From contig CBDBLV010000005.1 of the NCBI GenBank assembly GCA_965207225.1, forward strand, positions 288,001 to 352,000: a stretch of 64,000 bases of DNA, written 5' to 3'. Numbering within the stretch: the stretch's first letter is position 1; each line of letters opens with the position of its first letter. This document shows positions 28,295-38,735 of this stretch, piece after piece. The position numbers and the translations under genes were made by a program. The notes beneath the pieces were generated by a model, which saw nothing but the letters and a program-made list of their open reading frames with translations, made no database searches and was not told the DNA's origin. Source of the DNA: Dehalococcoidia bacterium (GTDB taxonomy: Bacteria; Chloroflexota; Dehalococcoidia; Plut-88900).

Positions 28295-29980
28295 ATGACT
28301 GACACCAAACCCTCCCTCGACTTCGTACGCTCCGCCGTAGAGGCCGACAACGCCTCCGGCCGCTTCGGCGGCCAGGTAATCACCCGTTTCCCCCCCGAGC
28401 CCAATGGCTACCTCCACATTGGCCACGCCAAATCAATGTGCCTCAACTTCGGCCTCGCCCAGGAATACGGAGGCCGCTGCCACATGCGCTTCGACGACAC
28501 CAACCCCGCCAAGGAGGAAGAGGAGTTCGTCGACGGCATCCTCGAAGACGTCCGATGGCTCGGCTGGGAATGGGGCGAGCACCTCTACTTCGCGTCAGAC
28601 CACTTCGACAAGCTCTACGATTTTGCCATTGACCTCATTCAAAAGGGCAAAGCCTACGTCGACGACCTCGACCAGGAGCAGATCCGCCAGTATCGCGGCA
28701 CCCTAACCGAGCCCGGCGTCGAAAGCCCTTACCGCAACCGCTCCATCGAAGAAAACCTTGCCCTCTTCCAGGCCATGAAGAACGGTGAGGTCGACGAAGG
28801 CCAGCAGGTCCTCCGCGCCCGCATCGACATGTCCTCCGGCAACATCAACATGCGGGACCCGGTCCTCTACCGCGTCCTCAAGACCCCACACCACCGCACC
28901 GGAGACAAGTGGGTCGTCTACCCCATGTACGACTTCGCCCACGGCCAGTCCGACTCCATTGAGGGCGTCACCCACTCCATCTGTACCATGGAGTACGAAG
29001 ACCACCGACCCCTCTACGACTGGATCCTCGACGCCCTGGACGTCTACCACCCCCAGCAGATAGAGTTCGCCCGGCTCAGCCTGAGCCACACTGTGATGAG
29101 CAAGCGCAAGCTCGCCCAGCTGGTTAACGAGGGCCACGTCCTCGGCTGGGACGACCCCCGCATGCCAACACTCGCCGGCCTCCGGCGCCGCGGCTACACC
29201 CCAGAGTCCATCCGAAAGTTCTGCGATCTGGTCGGCGTCGCCAAGCGGCAGAACGTCATCGAAATCTCCCTCCTGGAACACGCCATCCGTGACCACCTGA
29301 ACGCCACCTCATATCGGGTGCTGGGTGTCCTTAAACCCCTCAAGGCAGTCATCGAAAACTACCCGGAGGACCAGGTCGAGCATCTCGACGCCGTCAACAA
29401 CCCCGAAGACCCGGGCGCCGGGGTCCGGCAGCTACCCTTCTCCCGTGAACTCTACATCGAACGCGATGATTTCATGGAAGACCCGCCCCGTAAATTCTTC
29501 CGACTCGCCCCCGGTCGCGAGGTCCGCCTTCGCTACGGATATTTCATCACTTGCAAAAAGGTGATAAAGAACGACGCTGGCGAAATCATAGAGCTGCGTT
29601 GCACCTACGATCCCGCCACCCGGGGCGGCCAGTCCCCCGACGGGCGCAAGGTGAAGAGCACAATCCACTGGGTCTCGGCGGCCCACGCCGTCAACGCCGA
29701 AGTCCGACTCTACGAGCACCTCTTCACCTCCGAACGCCCCGAAGAAGAGCCCGACTTCCTCTCCACCCTCAACCCCGATTCTCTCCACGTCATCACCAAC
29801 GCCAGGCTTGAACCTTCCCTCGCCGACGCCAAACCCGGCGACCGTTTCCAGTTCGAGCGCCTAGGCTACTTCGCCGCAGACCCCGACTCATTACCAGGCG
29901 CCCCGGTCTTTAACCGCACCGTCACCCTGCGCGACACCTGGGCCAAGATCAAGTCGGGGGGCAAACCTCGGAGGTCCTAG
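28295..29980 (+). CDS. glnS: Glutamine--tRNA ligase
   Basis: [30 protein letters not shown]. Confidence 0.97.
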   Translation: MTDTKPSLDFVRSAVEADNASGRFGGQVITRFPPEPNGYLHIGHAKSMCLNFGLAQEYGGRCHMRFDDTNPAKEEEEFVDGILEDVRWLGWEWGEHLYFASDHFDKLYDFAIDLIQKGKAYVDDLDQEQIRQYRGTLTEPGVESPYRNRSIEENLALFQAMKNGEVDEGQQVLRARIDMSSGNINMRDPVLYRVLKTPHHRTGDKWVVYPMYDFAHGQSDSIEGVTHSICTMEYEDHRPLYDWILDALDVYHPQQIEFARLSLSHTVMSKRKLAQLVNEGHVLGWDDPRMPTLAGLRRRGYTPESIRKFCDLVGVAKRQNVIEISLLEHAIRDHLNATSYRVLGVLKPLKAVIENYPEDQVEHLDAVNNPEDPGAGVRQLPFSRELYIERDDFMEDPPRKFFRLAPGREVRLRYGYFITCKKVIKNDAGEIIELRCTYDPATRGGQSPDGRKVKSTIHWVSAAHAVNAEVRLYEHLFTSERPEEEPDFLSTLNPDSLHVITNARLEPSLADAKPGDRFQFERLGYFAADPDSLPGAPVFNRTVTLRDTWAKIKSGGKPRRS

Positions 29981-30098
29981 CGCATCCTTCCTGGGGGGCG
30001 CTCACCCTGAGCGGAAGAGTTTATCCTGAGCGAAGTCGAAGGGAAGGGTCGAGCGGGAGTGGTCCGCGTAACGCCTTTTCGCCAAGTGGGCTTGGCCC

Positions 30099-30992
30099 CT
30101 ACCCGCCCTTCTCCTCTATCAACCGCAGCCTCCCCAGCAGCGACACCGCCCGGTCGTACACCGGCTTGTCTACCATCACTCCGCCCATGTTCACAGCCCC
30201 CAGCCCCTGCCTCGTCCCCTCCTCGTATGCCTCCACCACGTTGCGGGCGTTCTCGATCTCCGGCTCCGAGGGACGATATATCCGGTTCACCGCCGCCACC
30301 TGCGATGGGTGAATGCAGTATCGGCCCTTGAATCCTATCGACTTCCCGTGCAGCGTGTCTGCCTCGAAGCCCTCCGTGTCCCGGAAGTCGGCAAACACCG
30401 TGTCCAGGGGCATGACGCCCGCAGCAGTGCAGGCCGTCGCTACCAGGTTCCTAGCGTACTCAAGCTCCCGACCCTCCCGCGTCCTCTCCATCCCCATGTC
30501 GGATGTCAGGTCTTCCCCCCCGACCGAGGCCGCCATCACCCGCTCCGAGGCCGTGCACAATGCATGCGCATTGATCAGCCCCTGCGCCGTCTCGATCCAC
30601 GGAAATATCTGCACCTGCCCGACGGGTATTCCCCGGATCTTTTCGAGGATTGTCAGGTAGTGGTCGACCCGCTTGATGATCTCCGGGTCGTCCGCCTTGG
30701 GTAGACCAATGGCTTGCAGGTCGGGGATGACAACCGCGTCCAGGTCTTCTTCGATGAACCCAGACTGCAGGGAGTTCACCCGCACGGCCATCAGGTAGCC
30801 CGTGCGCCTCATCCGGGGCATTGCGTCCCGGGCCATCTCCCGGCCCTTCGGCTTCTCAGCCAGCGCTACCGAGTCTTCCAGGTCCAGGCAGACCATGTCG
30901 GCGCCCGCGTCCGGGGCCTTTTCGATGAACCGCTCCCTGATTGCGGGCACGAACAGGGCGCTGCGGACCAGCAGGGTGTCGGACTTAGGCAT
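30099..30992 (-). CDS. CitE/HpcH-HpaI CoA-ester lyase family
   Basis: RSALFVP, DLEDSV, IETAQG, CIHPSQ. Confidence 0.9.
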   Translation of the reverse strand: MPKSDTLLVRSALFVPAIRERFIEKAPDAGADMVCLDLEDSVALAEKPKGREMARDAMPRMRRTGYLMAVRVNSLQSGFIEEDLDAVVIPDLQAIGLPKADDPEIIKRVDHYLTILEKIRGIPVGQVQIFPWIETAQGLINAHALCTASERVMAASVGGEDLTSDMGMERTREGRELEYARNLVATACTAAGVMPLDTVFADFRDTEGFEADTLHGKSIGFKGRYCIHPSQVAAVNRIYRPSEPEIENARNVVEAYEEGTRQGLGAVNMGGVMVDKPVYDRAVSLLGRLRLIEEKGG

Positions 30993-32031
30993 TGTCGGGG
31001 ATGAGGACCATCTTACCCATGACGTCGCCATCCTCGATGGTCTTTTGGGCGACGGCGGCGTCCTTCAGGGGCACGGCCTGGCTCGGCAGGGGCTTGATCT
31101 CGCCGCTCTCCACGAACTTCATCGCCTGCAGAAACTCGCCCTTGGACCCCATGTGGGATCCGTAGAAGTTCATCTGCTTCATCCACAGGTGGCGGATGTC
31201 GGTCGGGCCCATGAACCCGCTGGTTGCGCCACAGGTCACCAGGCTGCCTCCCCGCTTCAACGACAACACGCTGTCCTTCCAGGTCTCCTCCCCAGTGTGC
31301 TCGAAGACTATGTCTGCCATCCGCCTGTTGGTGATGGTCCGCACCTCGTCCCGGATCTTCTGGGTCTTCCGGTTGATGGTCGCATAAGCCCCGAGACCCT
31401 TCGCATACTCAGCCTTCTCGTCAGACCCGACCACCGCAATCCCCTTCGCACCATACAGGTTGCAGACCTGTATCGCCATGGACCCGAGACCTCCCGCCCC
31501 ACCCCAGATCAGCACGAAGTCGCCGGTCTGGATCCGGCACCGGCTCACCAGCATGCGCCACACCGTCATCAGGATCAGGGGCAGGGTCGCCGCCTCCTGG
31601 TAGGAGATGTTGGCGGGTTTGGGAATCAGGTTCGTCTGGTCCAGCTTGGCGTACTCTGCATCTGCGCCGTCCAGGGGCCCGGTTTGAAATCCCCAGATCC
31701 TGTAATACCGGCAGAAGAACTCCTGCCCGCTGGTGCACATCTCGCAGGTGCGGCAGCTAATGCCCGGGTGCACCATCACGTCGTCACCGGGCTTCAGGCC
31801 CTTCACCTCGCTCCCGACCTCCTCCACCACCCCGGAGGCGTCGGAACCCGACACGTGCGGAAGGATGATCTCCATGCCAGGCAGGCCCCGTCGGGCCCAG
31901 ATGTCGTTGTAGTTGCAGCCCGCCGCCTTGACCTTGAAGATCACGTCATTCGGCCCGACCTTCGGGTCCGGGATGTCCTTGTACTGGAGAACATCCACCT
32001 CGCCGTGCTCTTCGAACATTACTGCCTTCAT
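30985..32031 (-). CDS. Zinc-binding alcohol dehydrogenase / quinone oxidoreductase
   Basis: CRTCEMCTSGQEFFC, GGAGGLG, LVTCGATSG. Confidence 0.9.
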   Translation of the reverse strand: MKAVMFEEHGEVDVLQYKDIPDPKVGPNDVIFKVKAAGCNYNDIWARRGLPGMEIILPHVSGSDASGVVEEVGSEVKGLKPGDDVMVHPGISCRTCEMCTSGQEFFCRYYRIWGFQTGPLDGADAEYAKLDQTNLIPKPANISYQEAATLPLILMTVWRMLVSRCRIQTGDFVLIWGGAGGLGSMAIQVCNLYGAKGIAVVGSDEKAEYAKGLGAYATINRKTQKIRDEVRTITNRRMADIVFEHTGEETWKDSVLSLKRGGSLVTCGATSGFMGPTDIRHLWMKQMNFYGSHMGSKGEFLQAMKFVESGEIKPLPSQAVPLKDAAVAQKTIEDGDVMGKMVLIPDNA

Positions 32032-32263
32032 GGTTTCCTCCGCGTTGAATTACGGTAGTTGTAAAGTGTCGTAAAGTGGGGGATAAGGGTCTCGATCACA
32101 GCAGTTGTAAAGGATAGCTTATTTGGGGTGGAGGGGCAATTTGGGCTTGAGCGAGCTACACGATTATGATTACGTCTGCTTGAAGGCACGGCAGTCAAAA
32201 GTTACTTATACTCAAACCTAACGTTTTGCACTAGGAGAGACGGCTCGAAACAACATACGGGCA

Positions 32264-33022
32264 ATGCGAACCGACTGGAATGACAACCACGAATTTCTGC
32301 TTTGGCGAGGTGGCCTACATCCTTCACTCTGGAGCAAAAGACGCCCTACGGGTCCCTTTACCCTGGGACAAGATTGTGTCGCCGTCGAGACACCGCCCAA
32401 TCTAACTCATTACATCGGCCTAGGGGCTATGTGCCTAATATGGCGATGGAAGATAGGTGGCGAAGGCTACGGACTTATCAGTCTGCCTAACAAACGAGTT
32501 AAAGTGCATCGCCTAACGTATGCGCTGTCGCGTGAAATCGACATTACCGACATTAGAGGCGACATCCTTCATATGTGCAATCGCCCCTATTGTGTCCAAC
32601 CCGGTCATCTTTATGAAGGTGCGGCTGCACAAAACGGCCGTGACAGAGCCAATCACAAACGCATGTTTCCAAAGGGTGGCTGGCCCGAGTTAACAGAGCT
32701 GTGGGAACTAGCCAGTGAGCCAGCTCAGCACCTGTGGATGGCCCCGGATCCGCCTGCGTTACCCCCTGGTTTGCATGCCCCACCACCATCTTTGGCGCCT
32801 CATCATCGCCACGTTGGTGAGGCGCCCGGGGGTGATGTTGCAATTTGCAATACGTGCGGCATTGGCACACCTTCTGACTTTGAGCGTTGGAAGGTCATCC
32901 AGTTCGGCGACCGCGGACATACATTGCGTGTCCCGAGCTTTCAAGTGGCTCGAACAGGATGGGCCGCAGACAATCGTCGCGTTTGGTGGAAATACTGGCT
33001 CGGCGACGAACACCCACCGTAG
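32264..33022 (+). CDS. HNH (His-Me finger) endonuclease-domain protein
   Basis: VHRLTY...ILHMCNRPYCVQPGHLYEG...N. Confidence 0.75.
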   Translation: MRTDWNDNHEFLLWRGGLHPSLWSKRRPTGPFTLGQDCVAVETPPNLTHYIGLGAMCLIWRWKIGGEGYGLISLPNKRVKVHRLTYALSREIDITDIRGDILHMCNRPYCVQPGHLYEGAAAQNGRDRANHKRMFPKGGWPELTELWELASEPAQHLWMAPDPPALPPGLHAPPPSLAPHHRHVGEAPGGDVAICNTCGIGTPSDFERWKVIQFGDRGHTLRVPSFQVARTGWAADNRRVWWKYWLGDEHPP

Positions 33023-33166
33023 GACCTTTACTCCCTACCCTCTAGTCCAGCAGAAACTTGACAACAAGACAATTATGCCCCTGTCTTGTGCTCCCCTCCC
33101 AATTGACTCTCCCCGCCCCCCAATGCTACGCTGGTAACAGGATCCGATGCACACTTCAGGGGAGGA

Positions 33167-34192
33167 ATGGTTGTGGCTCGTGTAACCGCAGATGTTCGGG
33201 TCTCCCCGACCGATCTCGGACTCAGTTCCACTGATCTAATCGCCATCTACCGTGATATGTTCACCGCGCGCGCCGTCTCGGAGCGGTTGTGGCTACTGGG
33301 CCGGCAGGGCAAGGTCTACTTCCTCGTCTCCTGCGAAGGCCATGAGGCTGCGCAAGTGGGCAGCGTCTACGGCATGAGGCCCGGCTCCGACATCTTCGTT
33401 CCTTACTACCGAGACCTCGGCGTGGCCCTCGCCCTCGGCTCCGAGCCCATAGACATGGTCCTCCACGCCCTCGGCAAGTCCGCCGACCCCTACAGCGGCG
33501 GCAGGCAGCTCCCGGGTCACTACAGCAGCAGGGAGCGCAACATCGTCAGCGGCTCCAGCTGTGTTGCGACCCAGATCCTGCACGGAGTCGGGACTGCCTT
33601 CGCATCAAAATACCGAGGCGAGGATGTGGCCTCCATCACCTACTTCGGCGACGGGGCCACCAGCAAGGGCGATTTCCACGAAGCCATGAACTTCGCCGCC
33701 GTTCACAAGCTGCCTGTCGTCTTCTTCTGCGAAAACAACGGCTGGGCCATATCCGTGCCCCAGGACAAGCAGATGGTCGTCCAGGACATATCCAAGAAGG
33801 CCGAGGGTTACGGCATGCCCGGCGTCTCCGTCGACGGTATGAACGTCCTCGACGTCGTCCGGGCCACGAGGAAGGCTAGGGACCGCGCCCTCCGCGGCGA
33901 AGGCCCGACCCTAATAGAGGCCAAAGTCCACCGCTTCAGCTCCCACAGTAGCAACGACGACCACCGCCGTTACCGCACCCCCGAGGAACTCGCCGCCGAA
34001 CGCGAGGCCGACCCCGTCGCCCGCTACAGGGACCTCCTCATCAACATCTCCGTTCTCGATGAAGCCCGTGCCTCGCAGATAGAACAAGACGTCATAAACG
34101 CCCTTGACGATGCCGTAGATGCAGCAGAGGCCAGCCCCGACCCCACCCCCGATAGTGCCTACACCCGCATCTATTCTACGGAGGAGGTGTAG
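33167..34192 (+). CDS. 2-oxoacid dehydrogenase E1 alpha (branched-chain/pyruvate type)
   Basis: FGDGATSKGDFHEAMN TPP motif, HSSNDD. Confidence 0.92.
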   Translation: MVVARVTADVRVSPTDLGLSSTDLIAIYRDMFTARAVSERLWLLGRQGKVYFLVSCEGHEAAQVGSVYGMRPGSDIFVPYYRDLGVALALGSEPIDMVLHALGKSADPYSGGRQLPGHYSSRERNIVSGSSCVATQILHGVGTAFASKYRGEDVASITYFGDGATSKGDFHEAMNFAAVHKLPVVFFCENNGWAISVPQDKQMVVQDISKKAEGYGMPGVSVDGMNVLDVVRATRKARDRALRGEGPTLIEAKVHRFSSHSSNDDHRRYRTPEELAAEREADPVARYRDLLINISVLDEARASQIEQDVINALDDAVDAAEASPDPTPDSAYTRIYSTEEV

Positions 34193-34193
34193 G

Positions 34194-35177
34194 GTGGCCG
34201 AGAAGACTGTACTCGAAGCCATAAAAGACGGCCTCGCCGAGGAGCTTGAGCGCGACGACAGTGTCGTCATCATGGGTGAGGACGTGGGCAACATGGGAGG
34301 CGCCTTCCGCGCCACGGAGGGATTCCTGTCCCGGTTCGGCGAGCGCCAGATAATAGACACCCCCCTCGCAGAGACCTCCATCGTCGGCATCGCCATCGGC
34401 ATGGCCGTCAACGGCATGCGCCCCATCGCCGAGATCCAGTTCGCCGACTTCATGTTCCCCGCCTACGACCAGATCGTCAACGAAGCCGCCAAGTTCCGCT
34501 ACCGCTCCAACGGCGAGTTCAGCGTCCCCATGGTAATGCGCACCCCCTACGGCGCAGGAATACACGGTGGCCTCTACCACTCCCAGAGCATTGAAGTCCA
34601 GCTTGCCCACATTCCCGGCCTCAAGGTAGTCGCCCCGAGCACCCCCTACGATGCCAAGGGCCTGCTCAAGTCCAGTATCCGGGACCCCGACCCCGTCATG
34701 TTCCTCGAACATAAGCGCACTTACCGGCTCATCAAGGGCGAGGTTCCCGACGAAGACTACACCCTCCCCATCGGCCAGGCCGACATCAAGCGCGAGGGCT
34801 CTGACATCACCATCCTCACCTACGGCCTGATGCTCCACTTCTCCCTGGAGGCCGCGGAAGAACTAGATGGGGAAGGTGTCAGTGTCGAGGTCATCGACCT
34901 CAGGTCCCTTCTCCCACTGGACAAGGAGACCATCCTGGACTCGGTGAAAAAGACCAGCAAGGCCCTCATCGTCTACGAAGACAACCTCACCCTCGGCTAC
35001 GGCGCCGAACTCTCAGCCATCCTCGCCTCCGAGGCGTTTGAATACTTGGACGGCCCCGTCATGCGAGTCGCCTCCCCCGACATCCCCTCCATGCCCTTCC
35101 ACCCCGCTATGGAATTCGAGGCCCTCCCCAATCCCGCCAAGATCGCCGATGCACTACGCAAACTCGCAGCCTATTGA
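34194..35177 (+). CDS. 2-oxoacid dehydrogenase E1 beta
   Basis: GEDVG..GGAFRAT, DTPLAE, EIQFADF. Confidence 0.93.
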   Translation: MAEKTVLEAIKDGLAEELERDDSVVIMGEDVGNMGGAFRATEGFLSRFGERQIIDTPLAETSIVGIAIGMAVNGMRPIAEIQFADFMFPAYDQIVNEAAKFRYRSNGEFSVPMVMRTPYGAGIHGGLYHSQSIEVQLAHIPGLKVVAPSTPYDAKGLLKSSIRDPDPVMFLEHKRTYRLIKGEVPDEDYTLPIGQADIKREGSDITILTYGLMLHFSLEAAEELDGEGVSVEVIDLRSLLPLDKETILDSVKKTSKALIVYEDNLTLGYGAELSAILASEAFEYLDGPVMRVASPDIPSMPFHPAMEFEALPNPAKIADALRKLAAY

Positions 35178-35221
35178 ACGTCCCCCCCTTACCCCGGCCC
35201 TGATACCGGAAGGAACCCGAC

Positions 35222-36382
35222 TTGCCCGTAACAGTCACCATGCCCGAGGTCGCCGAGACCATCGTCGAAGGCACTATCGCCAAGTGGCTCAAGCAGCCCG
35301 GCGATCCTGTTGAACGCTACGAGTCCATCGCCGAGATCGTCACCGACAAGGTCACCCTTGAACTCCCTTCCCCTGCCACCGGCATCATGGGCGAACTCCT
35401 CGTCGCCGAGGGCGACACCGTAACTATCGACGCCCCCATCGCCATCATCCATTCCGATGTACCGCTAGAGTCCCCCAATCCCATTGCAGCACCCGAGCCT
35501 GCCTCGACCGAAACCCCTGCCCCAAGTCCAAACGGCCGTACCGCCCGACACTCTCCCTTGGTGAAGAGGCTCGCCGAGGAACACGGCATAGACCTGTCTT
35601 TGATTAGAGGCACGGGCGCCGGGGGCCGCATCACCAAGGCAGATGTCCTGCAGGCCGCCGAGGCCCGTGTCACCAGACCGGCCACCGAATCTTCAGATGG
35701 CCGTGTTGATCCCGTGCGCCGTGCCATCGCCCAGAGAATGACCCAGAACGCCCACGACATACCTCACGTCTGGACGATGATGGAGGTAGATGTTTCAGGG
35801 CTCGTGGCCACTGTGAAGGCGCAAAAGGAAGCTTTCCAGCAACGGGAGGGTGTCAACCTCACCTACCTTCCCTTCGTCCTCCAGGCCGTAGCCCGTGCCC
35901 TCCGCTCTTCCCCCGAGATCAACTCCTCATGGCAGAACGACAGGATAGTCCTGAAGGACGAGATCAACCTGGGCATAGCCGTGGCCCGGGACAAGGGCCT
36001 CATCGTCCCCGTCCTCCGCAACGCCGACACCCTGTCCATCCCGGACCTCGCCCAACAAGCCAATACCCTCATCGAAAAGGCCCGGGATGACAAACTTAGC
36101 CCTCAGGACGTCCAGGGCGGAACCTTCACCGTCAACAACACCGGGGCCCTGGGCTCCATCCTGAGCATGCCCCTCATCAACCCTCCTCAGGCCGCCATCA
36201 TGACCACCGAGGCCATAGTCAATCGCCCTGTGGTAGTCGCCGACAACGCCATCGCCATCCGCTCAATGATGAACCTCTGCCTCTCCTTCGACCACCGCCC
36301 CCTCGACGGCCACCAGGCCCTCACCTTCCTCGGCCAGGTCAAGACAGTCCTCGAAGAAATTACACCCGAAACCGGGATCTAA
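35222..36382 (+). CDS. Dihydrolipoamide acyltransferase E2
   Basis: Lipoyl TDKV, GTGAGGRITK, SFDHR. Confidence 0.93.
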   Translation: MPVTVTMPEVAETIVEGTIAKWLKQPGDPVERYESIAEIVTDKVTLELPSPATGIMGELLVAEGDTVTIDAPIAIIHSDVPLESPNPIAAPEPASTETPAPSPNGRTARHSPLVKRLAEEHGIDLSLIRGTGAGGRITKADVLQAAEARVTRPATESSDGRVDPVRRAIAQRMTQNAHDIPHVWTMMEVDVSGLVATVKAQKEAFQQREGVNLTYLPFVLQAVARALRSSPEINSSWQNDRIVLKDEINLGIAVARDKGLIVPVLRNADTLSIPDLAQQANTLIEKARDDKLSPQDVQGGTFTVNNTGALGSILSMPLINPPQAAIMTTEAIVNRPVVVADNAIAIRSMMNLCLSFDHRPLDGHQALTFLGQVKTVLEEITPETGI

Positions 36383-36386
36383 AGCC

Positions 36387-37160
36387 CTACTTCCCCACCA
36401 CCCCATCCAGCCACTGACCCACCCCCCTCGCCAGCCCCGGAAGGACCCGTCGGTTCAGCACCAGGCCCCAGTGCGATGCTCCCTCCGCCTCTCTCAACTC
36501 CTCCCCCAGCCCCATCCCCTCGTACAGCGACTTCGGGAACACCCGGTCATCGCTTCCAGCTATTACCAGCAAGGGGCACGGCATCGACTCTATGACGACT
36601 CCCGCCTTCCGCTCATCCCTCGCAGTACGGGACTCCTGTGACAGCGACCCCAGCGCCACCCCCCGCTCCTCCTCGTCCAGGTCGGGCATCGCCGGTTGCT
36701 TGGCAGGGTCCATGGTCTTTATCCCGTACACCTCCGACCCGTAAACGCCTCCCCGGATTCGCACACTTTCGTTCCGCTCCCTGGTTGGTGGTGTCGGGGA
36801 AAGGGCCACGCACGCCCTCGCCCGACCTTCCGCCGCGAACTTCAGCGCTACCAGGCCACCCATGCTCCACCCCATCACCACCGGCTTGCTCGGCAGCTCA
36901 TCCGCCACCCTCGCCACGTCCGACACGTAGTCGTCCATCGTCGCCCCGTCCACCGAGCCCCCGCTCTTCCCATGCCCCCGCAGGTCTATGGCATGATTGC
37001 TCCACCCCGTCCGCGCCAGGGCCTTTTGGAAGAATTTCCACGCCGCCCCTGAGTTCGCAGCCCCGTGAATTAACAGCACGTGCGGCCTAGCCGACACTAT
37101 CGCCGCACGGACGAACGTCGCGGCTGGCATATCGGGTGGGTTTTTCTCGGAGTCTGTCAT
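36387..37160 (-). CDS. Alpha/beta hydrolase
   Basis: LIHG, DLRGHG, GWSMGG. Confidence 0.85.
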   Translation of the reverse strand: MTDSEKNPPDMPAATFVRAAIVSARPHVLLIHGAANSGAAWKFFQKALARTGWSNHAIDLRGHGKSGGSVDGATMDDYVSDVARVADELPSKPVVMGWSMGGLVALKFAAEGRARACVALSPTPPTRERNESVRIRGGVYGSEVYGIKTMDPAKQPAMPDLDEEERGVALGSLSQESRTARDERKAGVVIESMPCPLLVIAGSDDRVFPKSLYEGMGLGEELREAEGASHWGLVLNRRVLPGLARGVGQWLDGVVGK

Positions 37161-37178
37161 GTTAGTCCTGGTTCGGGT

Positions 37179-37613
37179 CTATGGTATTTTCACCCCGACG
37201 GCCCACACGTAACCGTCCGGGTCTGCGATCATGGTCTCCCGCCACCCGTGGGGCTTGTCCTTCGCCTCTTCAACTATCGTCGCCCGAGCCCCCCTCGCCC
37301 GTGCCTCGACCTCGTCCGGGTCCAGGCCCAGCGCCCTCAATTCCGCCCCCACCCCCCTCATCACCCCCGACGCCAGGGGGTCGACCCACGGGTGCTCTTC
37401 GTATGTGTGGTCGGCATGCAGCATGAAGTCCACCCCGCCGATCTTCAGCGCCGCAAAGTCTTCGTCCCAGTACACAACTTCCGCCTGAAGCACTTCCTCG
37501 TAGAACTCAACCGAGCGAGCCGGTCTGCGGACCAGTAAATTGAGTGAAAGCGGAGGAAGACTCCGACCATATTCGTCGGCGGGCATCCAGGGGGTTTTGG
37601 TCGACTTCTGCAT
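37179..37613 (-). CDS. VOC/glyoxalase family protein
   Basis: SVEFY, DKPHGWRE, ADPDGYVW. Confidence 0.85.
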   Translation of the reverse strand: MQKSTKTPWMPADEYGRSLPPLSLNLLVRRPARSVEFYEEVLQAEVVYWDEDFAALKIGGVDFMLHADHTYEEHPWVDPLASGVMRGVGAELRALGLDPDEVEARARGARATIVEEAKDKPHGWRETMIADPDGYVWAVGVKIP

Positions 37614-37679
37614 GTGTTAGCTACTCTCCGGACGGTAATCTTGACAGAATCTCGACCTGCTGACTAGTATTCCCCCGTT

Positions 37680-37913
37680 ATGCCCCTCTACGAATACCGC
37701 TGCTCCGATTGCGGCCACCAGTTCGACATGCTCCGACCCATGAGTGAGGCCGACGAGCCCGCCGTCTGCCGTGCCTGTAATAACGGCGCCCAGAGAGTGC
37801 TCTCCGTCTTTGCCTCCTTCACCTCCACCGAAGCTGGCGCTTCCCTCCCCATGGCCGGAGCAGGCGTTGGCTGCGGAGGCTGCGGCCCTGCCGGATGCGG
37901 CTGCGCCCACTAG
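37680..37913 (+). CDS. FmdB-family zinc-ribbon protein
   Basis: MPLYEYRCSDCGHQF...CRAC. Confidence 0.9.
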   Translation: MPLYEYRCSDCGHQFDMLRPMSEADEPAVCRACNNGAQRVLSVFASFTSTEAGASLPMAGAGVGCGGCGPAGCGCAH

Positions 37914-38641
37914 CCGGCCCGACTCCCCCTCTCCACCCCCACCCGACGGCTCATCCTCCACCCGAGCCCCACGCTCACCAGCAGCAGCGCCTGCCCAATC
38001 GCCATCAGCGCCACGAATAGCGTCGCGTCCCGGAAGAAGGGCTCGGGGAACATCGCGATTAGGTTGTGAATCCTGGGATTCAGCCGCCAGAAGTCGTTTG
38101 CGAAACTCAACTGGTGAAATGCCAGAAACAGCGACTCAAACCCGACTACCGACCCTATCCCCAGCGCCCCTATAATCAGCAGTGTCGCCACCCCTCCCCA
38201 GAACCCCACCCTAACAACTCCTCCTACCGCCTCCTTGCGCCTCAGCCAGGCATAGGCCGCCACCGCCGCTAATAGGTACCCCAGCGTAATCCACTGGAAC
38301 ATGTAGACGCCCTGGATCAGCCCCTTCACGTCCTTCATGTGGATGATCTCCCGCTCGGTGAACAGAGGCACTAGCTCTCCGTAGATGACGGCGTCTATGT
38401 CGATTAGCTCGGCGTCGTCGTTGAAGTAGTCCCGTATCTCCCCCCCGAGCCTCGACAGCTCCTCCCGCACTATCCCCGTGCGCAGGCTGATGTCGTACCG
38501 GTCGAACCCGTACTCGTACAGCCCCCCGGCGTTGATGGCAAAGCGGAGGCTGCTGGTCACCAGCAGTATGGCAATGGCGACTATCGCGAGGGCGGTTGCT
38601 ACACGCAGGGCGATGCGAAGGGCGGGGGTGTTGGGTGTCAT
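37910..38641 (-). CDS. TIGR01906/DUF1461 membrane protein (Lit-like)
   Basis: FTEREIIHMKDVK, FLAFHQLSFAND, LIAMFPE. Confidence 0.85.
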   Translation of the reverse strand: MTPNTPALRIALRVATALAIVAIAILLVTSSLRFAINAGGLYEYGFDRYDISLRTGIVREELSRLGGEIRDYFNDDAELIDIDAVIYGELVPLFTEREIIHMKDVKGLIQGVYMFQWITLGYLLAAVAAYAWLRRKEAVGGVVRVGFWGGVATLLIIGALGIGSVVGFESLFLAFHQLSFANDFWRLNPRIHNLIAMFPEPFFRDATLFVALMAIGQALLLVSVGLGWRMSRRVGVERGSRAG

Positions 38642-38735
38642 TACGTGGATGGTAGGTATCGGCTGATTTTGTTGTCAAGGAGTCGGGCTGGCCGGTATAA
38701 TCGCCCTCGGCCCCTCTAGGCGGGGGAGGAGCCCC

